Positions 27,352 to 36,427 of a DNA stretch of 64,000 bases are shown one piece after another. Numbering within the stretch: position 1 is the stretch's first letter; every line of letters starts with the position of its first letter. The notes under the pieces are model-generated. The model did no database searches. It worked only from the letters and a program-made list of their open reading frames with translations, and was not told the origin of the DNA. The DNA is taken from NCBI GenBank assembly GCA_965202985.1, contig CBDBCF010000001.1, positions 2,304,001 to 2,368,000 of the forward strand, in the 5' to 3' direction. Both the position numbers and the translations under genes were made by a program. This DNA comes from Longimicrobiales bacterium (GTDB lineage Bacteria > Gemmatimonadota > Gemmatimonadetes > Longimicrobiales > Gaopeijiaceae).

Positions 27352-28347
27352 TTGCCCGACTCCCACCTCGACTCCCTCCGCCCACCACGCCGCAAGCACG
27401 ACGAGGTCTACAAGTTCTTCTTTTCCCAGGCCCCCACCGTCGCCGAACTCCTCGAAGACTACCTCGCTCCCGACTGGGCCGACCAACTCGACCTGGACTC
27501 GCTGCGCAAGGTCACCCCCGAACATGTCGGCTCGCGGCTCGAACGCCGACAGGCCGACATGCTCTGGCGCGTCAACTTTCGACACCGGCCCGGCTTCGTG
27601 GTCCTGCTCCTCGAGTTCCAGTCCCGGGTCGACCCCTCTATGGCCGCCCGCGTCCTCCGCTACGTGACCGACGCCTACGAGAACCTGATCCGCGAAACGC
27701 CGCCCGGTGCCGATCACAGCCTGCCGCCAGTCATCGTCTGCGTCGTCCACAACGGCCCCCGCCCTTGGGACGCCCTCCTCGACATCGCCCACCTGATCTC
27801 GCCGACGCTGCCCCAGCTGCGCGACCTCTCGGTCCGGCTGCCGTACCAAGTGCTTGACATGCGCGCGGCACCCGGGCGAAGCTTGCGGAAGCGGCGCATC
27901 CTGACTTGGTTGAGGGAGCTCGAGCGGGACGGCGGCACGGGGAAGGTCCGGGCCGTGCTGGGAGAGGTGCTGGAGGCGTACCCGGGTCCCGAGCACGCCG
28001 GGGTCGCGGAGGCGTTCGCGCTGTGGGTGTTGGGCGCGGCGCGGCAGTGGGGCCGTTCGGAAGAGGAACTGTCGAAGATCACCAGTTTGACGGAGGCGAA
28101 AGAGATGTACACGCAGATCGAAGAAGAGATGGCGAGGCTGCGGGCGGAGGGCCGACGGGAAGGTCGTCGGGAGGGATCCAGGACCCTCTTGGAGTGCCAG
28201 GTGGCAAAAAAGTTCGGCGAGGACGCGGTCGTGCAGCTGTCGGGCGTGATCGGCGGCCTGGACGGACGCGATCAGCTGGACGCGGCGGCGATTGCCGTCA
28301 TCGAATGCGACACGGTCGAGGAGTTGATGGCTCGACTCGCGAACTAG
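27352..28347 (+). CDS. Rpn/YhgA-like PD-(D/E)XK nuclease (putative transposase family)
   Basis: GGAGG RBS before TTG; HDEVYKFFFS, RQADMLW, LLEFQS, EGRREG repeats. Confidence 0.88.
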   Translation: MPDSHLDSLRPPRRKHDEVYKFFFSQAPTVAELLEDYLAPDWADQLDLDSLRKVTPEHVGSRLERRQADMLWRVNFRHRPGFVVLLLEFQSRVDPSMAARVLRYVTDAYENLIRETPPGADHSLPPVIVCVVHNGPRPWDALLDIAHLISPTLPQLRDLSVRLPYQVLDMRAAPGRSLRKRRILTWLRELERDGGTGKVRAVLGEVLEAYPGPEHAGVAEAFALWVLGAARQWGRSEEELSKITSLTEAKEMYTQIEEEMARLRAEGRREGRREGSRTLLECQVAKKFGEDAVVQLSGVIGGLDGRDQLDAAAIAVIECDTVEELMARLAN

Positions 28348-28424
28348 CGAGCCGCGGCGCGTCGAGGCGGCGGGGGCTGCTGCGTCCCCGTCGCCGAGGA
28401 CATTTCAGTTGCGGTAGGCGCTCG

Positions 28425-28481
28425 GGACATCGGGGCTTGCGAAACGGGACACTCGCATGGACATTTCAGACATGCAAAATC
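28425..28481 (+). repeat. 57-bp island motif, copy 1
   Basis: GGACAT-cggggcttgc-GAAACGGGACA-ctcgcat-GGACATT-tcagacatgc-AAAATC; an extra GGACATTTCAG lies at 28398. Confidence 0.85.
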
Positions 28482-28494
28482 TACGCCTCCTCCC

Positions 28495-29820
28495 ATGACC
28501 CCACGCGCCTACCAGACCAGCCACCGCTGGATCACGTTCTCGATCAAGCTGCACCGGGCGTCGCCACGGCTCTGGGCGCTGCTAGGCCAAGCCGTGGCGT
28601 TCTGCGAGCAGGTTTCGGGGGCAGTCTTGCCGCCGCGCGACGCCCGGAAACTCTACCGGATGTACCTCGTCAAGGGTGTCAAGGCGACGACCGCCATCGA
28701 GAACAACACGCTGACCGAGGAACAGGTGGGCCGGGTGCTGGACGGGACCCTCGAGTTACCGCCGTCGCAGGAGTACTTGGGACAGGAAGTACGCAACATC
28801 TTGGACGTCTGCGAGGACATTCGGGACCAAATTCTGGCCGGAACGGCCCCGCGGCTCACGAGAGAATGGATCGCCGACGCGAACCGGGCGGTGCTCGGGG
28901 GGATGGAGGATGTGCTGGGAGAGGGAGTCATTCCAGGGGAGGTACCCGCCTTCCAGGTCGTGGTCGGTCGGTATCGGGGTGCGCCGAGGGAGGACTGCGA
29001 CTACTTGCTGGACCGCCTCTGCCGGTGGCTGGACGAGGACGACATGCCGGGTCCGGGTCCGGGGGCGGCCGAAGGAGACGCGTCCCAAGCGGAGCCGTCC
29101 GGCGCGTCGGACAACGGAGCCGCCGCCGATGTGACGGCTCTGACGGATGCCCCGGTGCCCGCCGGTAACGTCTTCCAGGACGCCCGCCGCCGGCGCATGG
29201 CGGAGGGCATCCTGAAGGCGACGCTGGCCCATCTGTACATTGCGTGGATTCACCCGTACGGAGACGGCAACGGGCGGATGGCGCGGCTGGTCGAGTTCAT
29301 GCTGCTGGCGCGGGCCGGAGTGCCGTTCCCGTCGGCACACTTGATGAGCAACCACTTCAACCTCACGCGCAACCGCTACTACCGTGAGCTGGACCGGTCC
29401 AGTCGGGTGAGCGGCCACGGGCGCGACGCCGACCGCGGAGACGTGTTCGGGTTCGTGGAGTACGCCGTTCGGGGGTTCGTGGACGGGCTCGCTGACCAAT
29501 GCCGGTACATCGAACACGTGCAGATGAAGTTGGCGTGGGAGGACTTCGTGTTCCAGACGTTTCGGCAGACCAAGGAGACGCCGGCGACTCGAAGGCGCAG
29601 GGAGATCGTGCTGGTGCTGTCTTCGCGGCAGGAGCCTGTCCCGAAGCAGGACGTCCCGTCGCTCACGTCGCAGCTGGCGCGCATGTACGCCGAGAAGACG
29701 CCCAAGACGCTGACTCGCGACCTCAACTGGCTGGTTGCCGAGGACCTGATCGAGCGGGGGCCGGAGGGCTACCAAGCGCGCATGGAGCAGATGAAGGCGT
29801 TCCGGGCCGGAAGCGACTGA
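28495..29820 (+). CDS. Fic family protein with C-terminal HTH
   Basis: TTAIENN; Fic motif HPYGDGNGRMAR; C-terminal KTLTRDLNWL..DLI. Confidence 0.9.
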   Translation: MTPRAYQTSHRWITFSIKLHRASPRLWALLGQAVAFCEQVSGAVLPPRDARKLYRMYLVKGVKATTAIENNTLTEEQVGRVLDGTLELPPSQEYLGQEVRNILDVCEDIRDQILAGTAPRLTREWIADANRAVLGGMEDVLGEGVIPGEVPAFQVVVGRYRGAPREDCDYLLDRLCRWLDEDDMPGPGPGAAEGDASQAEPSGASDNGAAADVTALTDAPVPAGNVFQDARRRRMAEGILKATLAHLYIAWIHPYGDGNGRMARLVEFMLLARAGVPFPSAHLMSNHFNLTRNRYYRELDRSSRVSGHGRDADRGDVFGFVEYAVRGFVDGLADQCRYIEHVQMKLAWEDFVFQTFRQTKETPATRRRREIVLVLSSRQEPVPKQDVPSLTSQLARMYAEKTPKTLTRDLNWLVAEDLIERGPEGYQARMEQMKAFRAGSD

Positions 29821-29823
29821 CCG

Positions 29824-32800
29824 ATGGCGCTCGAAGCCGCCGCGACCTTCGCCGGAATCCACAACGAGAACGAGTTCTACAGCCACCACTACCTGTCGGA
29901 GATCTTCGCCGGCGACATCAAGGAGACGATCAAGCGCTGGCAGGACGACGCGACGAACCGCGCGCCCCACGCCGCCCTCCGCGCATTGGCGACCGACTAC
30001 GCTCGGTTTCGCGACGCCTTCGAGCGACGGGTGGCCCGGCGGACGGGCGTTCGACAGACCGCTCGCCATCTCCACGCCGACCAGATCGCCGCCCAGCGCC
30101 AGTGGTTCCGCCGCTTCCTCGGCGCTCTGGGGTACGAAGCCGACTGGCACCCGGCCAACTTGCCGCTCGACGACGGCATCGAACTCCCCATGCTGTGCGC
30201 GGTTGGCCGAAGCAGCGCGGGCGCGCGCCAGTTGCTGGTCCTGGAGGCCTACGACGCCGGCGCAGAGGGCGACGACCCGCTGTCCGTCCGGCCCCATCCC
30301 GCCCAGTTCCACGGGGAGGCGCCTCCGTCGGCGGCGCTGCGGGACGAGCGTTGGGAGGACGTGGTGACGCGCCGCGTGTTCGGCCAGGAGCATCCGCCTC
30401 GCTGGGTGCTGCTGTTGTCGTTCGGCCAAGCGCTGCTGCTCGAACGAAGCAAGTGGACGCACAACCGCCTGCTGCGCTTCGACTTCGCCGAGATCCTGGG
30501 CCGTCGCGACGACGCCACGCTCAAGGCGGCCGCCGTCCTGCTCCACCGCGACAGCCTGCTGTCCCCGGACGGGCAAAGCCATGGCCTGCTGGACCGCCTG
30601 GACGAGAACAGCCACAAGCACGCCTTCGCCGTCTCCGAGGACTTGAAGTACGCGCTCCGCGAGTCGATCGAGCTGGTCGGCAACGAGGTCGTCCGGTACA
30701 TGCGCGAGGTGCGTCACGACAAGCTCTTCGACCTGGACGACGCCTTGGCGGGCCAGCTGGGCCTGGAGTGCCTGCGCTACATGTACCGCCTGCTCTTCCT
30801 CTTCTACATCGAGGCGCGCCCGGAGCTCGGATACGCGCCCGTGGCCTCCGACGCCTACCGCAAGGGATACAGCCTGGAGCACCTGCGCGACCTGGAGATG
30901 GTGCGGCTCGACACGCCCGAGTCCCGCGACGGCCACTACATCCACCACAGCGTGGAGCGGCTGTTCCGGCTGGTGCGCGACGGATTCGACGGCAGCAACT
31001 GGGGCGGCAGCGAGGACTTGCTGGCGGGCGTGGACGACGGGCGCTCCAACGGCTCCGAGCCCGCGTTGCGCTTCGGCTTCCGCGTGCGGCCGCTGGACAG
31101 CCGGCTGTTTCGCGAGGGATCGACGCCGCTCATCGACAAGGTGAAGCTGCGCAACGAAGTGCTGCAGAAGGTGATCCGGCTGATGTCGCTGACGCGGGCG
31201 GCGAGAGGGCGAGGCGGCAAGGGCGGCGCCGGCAAGGGTCGCGGACGCGGCGCGGGCAAGCGTCGGCGCAGGGGGCGCATCTCCTACGCGCAGTTGGGCA
31301 TCAACCAGCTGGGCGCGGTGTACGAGGCGCTGCTGTCGTACCGGGGGTTCTTCGCCGAAGAGGACTTGTACGAGGTCAAGAAGGCCGGGGCCGCGCACGA
31401 CGACTTGGACGCCGCGTTCTTCGTCGGCGCCAAGGACCTGGAACAGTACTCGGAAGACGAGCGCGTCCACGACCGGGACGAGGACCGCCGCCTCAAGCTC
31501 CGCGTCCACCGCAAGGGCACGTTCGTCTACCGCCTGGCCAGCCGCGACCGCCAGAAGTCGGCCAGCTACTACACGCCCGAGTCGCTCACCCGCTGCGTGG
31601 TCAAGTACTCCTTGCGCGAGCTCGTCACCGACGACATGCCCGCCGACGACATCCTGCGCCTGACCGTGTGCGAGCCCGCCATGGGCTCGGCGGCGTTCCT
31701 GAACGAGGCCGTCAACCAGCTCTCCGAGAAGTACCTGGACCGCAAGCAGCGCGAGCTGGGTCAGCGCATCCCTCACGACCAGTACGCCGACGAGCTGCAG
31801 AGGGTCCGCCACTTCGTCACCGACCGCAACGTCTACGGCGTGGACCTGAACCCGGTCGCCATCGAGCTGGCCGAAGTGTCGCTGTGGCTGAACTGCATCC
31901 ACGAGGACGGACATGTGCCATGGTTCGGCTATCAGCTGGCCTGCGGCAACTCGCTGGTGGGCGCGCGCCGGCAGGTGTATCCGGCGGAGAAGGTGCGCAA
32001 GGCGAAAGGCCAGAAGAAGGCGGACCTGTGGTTCAACGAAGCACCGGAGCGCGTGGAGCCGGGGCCGGAGGCGCGCCGTCCGCCGGGCGCCGTCTACCAC
32101 TTCCTGCTGCCGGACCCCGGGATGGTCGGCTACAAGGACAAGGCCGCGAAGGCGATGGAGGCGGCCAACTTCGAGCGCATCGCGACGTGGCGCCGCTCGT
32201 TCTTCAAAGCGTTCTCCGCCGAGGAGACGGCCAAGCTCGAGCGACTCTCGGACAAGGTCGACGAGCTCTGGACGATGCACGCCGAGCAGCTGGGTCGCGA
32301 TCACAGGGAGACCGAAGACACCCTGCCCGTGTGGGGCCAGCCCGCCTCCGCGCGTCCGCGCCGCACCAGCAACACGTGGAAGGACCGCATCCGCGCCCAA
32401 GGCATCTTCGGCGACGGCAACGACATGCGGACCGCCAGTCCCTATCGCCGCCTGAAGCTGGTGATGGACTACTGGTGCGCGCTGTGGTTTTGGCCGATCC
32501 GCAAGGCTGACCGCCTGCCCAGCCGTAGCGAGTTCCTGGCCGAGATCAGCTTGGTGCTGACGGGCAACGTCCAGCAACCCGGCGTCGGCCCCGACCAGAT
32601 CGGCGACCTCTTCGGCGCCGAGTATGCCCAGCATGCCGAAGAGATGGCCCGGCGGATCACCAACGAGACCGGGATGCTGGACTTGCGGAAGCTCTTCGCC
32701 GAGTTCCCCCGGCTGCGGTTCGTGAACGAGCTGGCGCGGCGGCACCGGTTCCACCACTGGGAGCTGGCGTTCGCGGACTTGTTCGCGGAGCGGGGCGGGT

Positions 32801-34854
32801 TCGACTTGGTGCTGGGGAACCCGCCGTGGGTGAAGGTCGAGTGGAAGGAGCAGGGCGTGCTGGGGGAGAAGAATCCGGTGCTGATGCTGCGGAGGACGTC
32901 GGCGACGGATGTGACCGAGTTGCGAGGGTCAGCGTTCCATCGGTACGCGGGGTTGCAGGGGGCGTGGCTGGACGAGATGGAGGAGGCCGACGCGACGCAG
33001 GCCTTCCTGAACGGAGCACAGAACTATCCGTTGCTGAAGGGTCAGAAGACGAACCTGTACAAGTGCTTCCTGCCGCAGGCATGGATGGTTGCCCGGCAGG
33101 ACGGTGGCGTGACGGGACTCCTGCATCCGGGCGGCGTGTACGACGATCCGAAGGGTGGTGCGTTCAGGGAAGCGTTGTATCCAAGGTTGCGGGCGCACTT
33201 CCAGTTCCAGAACGAGAAGCGGCTGTTCCCGGAGGTCCATCACCACACCAAGTTCAGCGTCAACGTGTACGGACGCTTGCGCCGACAGCCAGCGTTTCAG
33301 CACATCGCGAACCTGTTCCAGCCGCAGACTGTGGACGCTTGCGTTGAACACGACGGTCAAGGCCCGGTGCCCGGCATCAAAGACGACAAGGGCAAGTGGA
33401 ATGTGGCCGGGCACGCCGAGCGTGTGCTTGAAGTGGACGTGGACGCCCTGGGCAACTTCGCCAAGCTCTACGACGAGGAAGGAACGCCGCCCCATCAAGC
33501 CAGACTTCCCGCTCTTCACGCCAAGACGATGCTCGGTGCCCTGGCGAAGCTGGCGGCCCATCCGATGCGGCTGGGGGATTTGGGAGACGACGTCTTCTTC
33601 ACTTGGCATTGGGACGAGACCGGGGCCCAGCGTGACGGCACGATTCGTCGCGAGACGCGATTCCCGAATAGCTCCAGCGAGTTGGTGCTGTCTGGTCCAC
33701 ACTTCTTCGTTGGGAACCCGCTCAACAAGACGCCGCGCCGTGAATGCAAGCTGAACAGCCACTACGACGTGCTGGACTTGACCATCTTGCCGGAGGCCTA
33801 CCTGCCCAGGACGAATTATGTCCGCGATTGTGCTCCGAGGGAATACGAGCGAAGGACTCCTCGTGTCGGATGGGATGACGTCAGCGCAGATCAAGAAAAG
33901 GTCACAAGATATTACCGGGTCTCCAGCCGAAGGATGGTAGGGTCCATGGCGGAGCGAACCCTGATCACCGCTATTGTATCGAAAGATGTAGCTCACGTTC
34001 ACACGACGATGGCGAACGCCTTCCGCACCACTAACGAACTCCTTGACTTTGCCGCCACATCCATGTCTCTTGTGATGGACTTCATGATCAAGGCGTCCGG
34101 CGTGTCCGAGGCAGGCAAGTCACAGCTCGATCGCCTGCCTTTCCTCACCGAAGCCTGTCACGACATCATTCGGGCCGGGCTCCGTCTGCGTGCCCTGCGC
34201 CTCTCGTGCTTGACCAGCCACTACGCCCATCTTTGGAGCAGGGCCTGCGATGGAGGCAACCCCCCGGCCATTGAAGCATTCCGCACCGACTCCTGGACCA
34301 GCGACGACCCCCGCCTCCCGAACGACTTCCCGACCCTCGATTCCACTTGGTGCCAAGATCGCGCTCTCCGCACCGACTATGCCCGTCGCCAAGCCCTCGT
34401 CGAGATCGACGTGTTGACCGCGATGGCCCTCGGCCTTACGTTGGATGAGTTGCTCACCATCTACAGGGTCCAGTTCCCAGTCATGCGCCAATACGAAGCC
34501 GACACGTGGTACGATGCCAACGGCCGCATCGTCTTCACGCCATCCAAGGGGCTTCCGGCCGTCGGTATTCCCCGCACGGCCGTCAAGAACGATACCGCCT
34601 GGGCGGTCTCTACGCCCGTCGGCCACCGGTCGGCAATCCCCCTGGGATGGGACGACATCCGCGACCTCGACGAGGGTAGCGTCACCCGCACGGTCATTGA
34701 CGACACCCTGCCCGGCGGTCCAACTGAGCGCGTCATCGCATACTGCGCACCGTTCTCGCGGCCAGATCGGGAGAATGACTACCGGCAAGCATGGGCGACA
34801 TTCGCCCGAGGGCTTGGCCGGCTCGTGTCGTCAAGCTCCATGGCTAGCTCTTGA
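29824..34854 (+). CDS. Large N6-adenine DNA methyltransferase (type IIG/DrmMI-like)
   Basis: LGAVYEALL, SYYTP, motif I CEPAMGSAAFL, YGVDLN, motif IV GNPPW, NLYKCF; C-terminal target-recognition region. Confidence 0.9.
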   Translation: MALEAAATFAGIHNENEFYSHHYLSEIFAGDIKETIKRWQDDATNRAPHAALRALATDYARFRDAFERRVARRTGVRQTARHLHADQIAAQRQWFRRFLGALGYEADWHPANLPLDDGIELPMLCAVGRSSAGARQLLVLEAYDAGAEGDDPLSVRPHPAQFHGEAPPSAALRDERWEDVVTRRVFGQEHPPRWVLLLSFGQALLLERSKWTHNRLLRFDFAEILGRRDDATLKAAAVLLHRDSLLSPDGQSHGLLDRLDENSHKHAFAVSEDLKYALRESIELVGNEVVRYMREVRHDKLFDLDDALAGQLGLECLRYMYRLLFLFYIEARPELGYAPVASDAYRKGYSLEHLRDLEMVRLDTPESRDGHYIHHSVERLFRLVRDGFDGSNWGGSEDLLAGVDDGRSNGSEPALRFGFRVRPLDSRLFREGSTPLIDKVKLRNEVLQKVIRLMSLTRAARGRGGKGGAGKGRGRGAGKRRRRGRISYAQLGINQLGAVYEALLSYRGFFAEEDLYEVKKAGAAHDDLDAAFFVGAKDLEQYSEDERVHDRDEDRRLKLRVHRKGTFVYRLASRDRQKSASYYTPESLTRCVVKYSLRELVTDDMPADDILRLTVCEPAMGSAAFLNEAVNQLSEKYLDRKQRELGQRIPHDQYADELQRVRHFVTDRNVYGVDLNPVAIELAEVSLWLNCIHEDGHVPWFGYQLACGNSLVGARRQVYPAEKVRKAKGQKKADLWFNEAPERVEPGPEARRPPGAVYHFLLPDPGMVGYKDKAAKAMEAANFERIATWRRSFFKAFSAEETAKLERLSDKVDELWTMHAEQLGRDHRETEDTLPVWGQPASARPRRTSNTWKDRIRAQGIFGDGNDMRTASPYRRLKLVMDYWCALWFWPIRKADRLPSRSEFLAEISLVLTGNVQQPGVGPDQIGDLFGAEYAQHAEEMARRITNETGMLDLRKLFAEFPRLRFVNELARRHRFHHWELAFADLFAERGGFDLVLGNPPWVKVEWKEQGVLGEKNPVLMLRRTSATDVTELRGSAFHRYAGLQGAWLDEMEEADATQAFLNGAQNYPLLKGQKTNLYKCFLPQAWMVARQDGGVTGLLHPGGVYDDPKGGAFREALYPRLRAHFQFQNEKRLFPEVHHHTKFSVNVYGRLRRQPAFQHIANLFQPQTVDACVEHDGQGPVPGIKDDKGKWNVAGHAERVLEVDVDALGNFAKLYDEEGTPPHQARLPALHAKTMLGALAKLAAHPMRLGDLGDDVFFTWHWDETGAQRDGTIRRETRFPNSSSELVLSGPHFFVGNPLNKTPRRECKLNSHYDVLDLTILPEAYLPRTNYVRDCAPREYERRTPRVGWDDVSADQEKVTRYYRVSSRRMVGSMAERTLITAIVSKDVAHVHTTMANAFRTTNELLDFAATSMSLVMDFMIKASGVSEAGKSQLDRLPFLTEACHDIIRAGLRLRALRLSCLTSHYAHLWSRACDGGNPPAIEAFRTDSWTSDDPRLPNDFPTLDSTWCQDRALRTDYARRQALVEIDVLTAMALGLTLDELLTIYRVQFPVMRQYEADTWYDANGRIVFTPSKGLPAVGIPRTAVKNDTAWAVSTPVGHRSAIPLGWDDIRDLDEGSVTRTVIDDTLPGGPTERVIAYCAPFSRPDRENDYRQAWATFARGLGRLVSSSSMASS

Positions 34855-34906
34855 CAGGCTGGCTATGTTCTTCCTTCTATCGGACGACCCGGTACAAGGA
34901 GGACAG

Positions 34907-35263
34907 ATGGCCCTCGTCTACTGCATCCACCAGCCAGTTCGGCCCGAGACCGAATACCCTGTTCGGACCCTTCACGACGACCGACACCGCCACGAGTTGC
35001 GGGCCCGTGTGGCGAGGCCCTGCGTGGCGAAGGACAGGGCGACGTCCGACTGCTTCCACGCAGCAGAGAGCGACACGTTACGGCGGACGACGCGCTTGCA
35101 GTGGCTGGTGCCCCAGGTCGGGCTGGCGATGACCGCCACCCTGGACACCCTGCCATCTCGTCACCACATAGTCTCCAGCCGTCCCCCTTCCGCGAACAAG
35201 GACGGTCACAGCCCCTATTCAGCCCTCACGATTCCTTGTATCCGTCACGAAGTTGCTATATGA
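34907..35263 (+). CDS. Hypothetical 118-aa protein upstream of SIR2
   Basis: AAGGAGG RBS before ATG 34907; its stop overlaps the SIR2 start (ATGA); no recognisable family. Confidence 0.35.
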   Translation: MALVYCIHQPVRPETEYPVRTLHDDRHRHELRARVARPCVAKDRATSDCFHAAESDTLRRTTRLQWLVPQVGLAMTATLDTLPSRHHIVSSRPPSANKDGHSPYSALTIPCIRHEVAI

Positions 35264-36420
35264 TGTCGAAACCGCACCGCGTCGTCGCACATCACGACAG
35301 GGAAGTTTTTCTCGCAACAATGCGGGATCACCTCTCCCGCCACGATAGGCCATTAGCCTTTCTATTTGGGGCAGGCACTTCATGTTCCGTTCGTTGTATC
35401 GATGCCGATGCCCCAGATGAATCGCCGACGCCGCTGATTCCAGATGTTCACCACCTCACCATAAGGTGTCGAGAGGCTGTCAACGGTCTCGGTTGCGACT
35501 ACGCTTCGGCATGGTCTGCAATCGTCGATCGCTGTAGTTCCACGAATGAAGAGCCAAATGTTGAACACGTTCTATCTATGTTGCACATGATGATTGAAGC
35601 AATCGGCTCCTCGGATCGGCTTGCTGGGTTAGATAGGGATGCATTGCGCCGGGTAGATGCATGCATCCGAAAATGTATTGCGAAAGCCGTCAAACCAGAG
35701 TTGGATCATATCCCTCCAGACACACCCCATCATCGGTTCGCACGGTGGCTGGCTAGAACAGCTAGGAAAGTACCTGTTGAAGTGTTTACGGTGAATTACG
35801 ACATATTATTTGAATTGGCGTTTGAGGCCGAGCGTGTACCGTTCTTTGATGGCTTCATAGGTAGCCACGAACCGTTTTTCTACTCCGAAAGTCTCTTACA
35901 TTCGCGATGGAAGCCGGCGGATGGATGGACTCGATTGTGGAAAATTCACGGCTCAGTAAACTGGCAACGTCGCCAGTCTGACAATCACATCGTTCGTGTG
36001 CAACCCCACGGTACCGGAGAAATGATTTTCCCGACGTTTGAGAAGTACGACAAATCTCGTCAGCAACCCTATGTTGCATATATCAACCAGCTTGATCGTT
36101 TTCTAGGGCTAGACGACGCGCTTCTTGTGGTTGCCGGTTTCGGTTTCGGTGACGAGCACTTGAGCGACGTCATTATTCGACGACTGGAAAACAATCATCG
36201 AGCACACATGTATGCACTCATGTTCACCGAGTCGTGGCAACCGTCTTCCAGAATCCATGATTATTCCCTTCAACGTGGAAACATCGTACTTGCCGGACCT
36301 GAAACGGGCATTATCGAGAAAAGACGCGGTCCCTGGCTATCTGGTGACGCCCGTTGCGAAATGAATCTTGGTGATTTTTCGGAATTGTGCCAGTTTCTTG
36401 ATCAAATGACATCGGGGTGA
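35260..36420 (+). CDS. SIR2-like (SIR2_2) NADase
   Basis: FLFGAGTS, FTVNYD, WKIHGS, VAGFGFGDEH; lies in a low-GC block. Confidence 0.88.
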   Translation: MMSKPHRVVAHHDREVFLATMRDHLSRHDRPLAFLFGAGTSCSVRCIDADAPDESPTPLIPDVHHLTIRCREAVNGLGCDYASAWSAIVDRCSSTNEEPNVEHVLSMLHMMIEAIGSSDRLAGLDRDALRRVDACIRKCIAKAVKPELDHIPPDTPHHRFARWLARTARKVPVEVFTVNYDILFELAFEAERVPFFDGFIGSHEPFFYSESLLHSRWKPADGWTRLWKIHGSVNWQRRQSDNHIVRVQPHGTGEMIFPTFEKYDKSRQQPYVAYINQLDRFLGLDDALLVVAGFGFGDEHLSDVIIRRLENNHRAHMYALMFTESWQPSSRIHDYSLQRGNIVLAGPETGIIEKRRGPWLSGDARCEMNLGDFSELCQFLDQMTSG

Positions 36421-36427
36421 TCGTCAA

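Noticed and set aside
28756..32757. 1333-aa minus-strand ORF (also 46912-51153, 24046-26100, 428-2044 and similar)
   Set aside because: Antisense shadows of well-supported + strand genes, caused by GC3 bias.
34851..34880. TTGACA -35 box after the MTase
   Set aside because: No acceptable -10 hexamer at 16-18 bp spacing; it overlaps the MTase stop codon.
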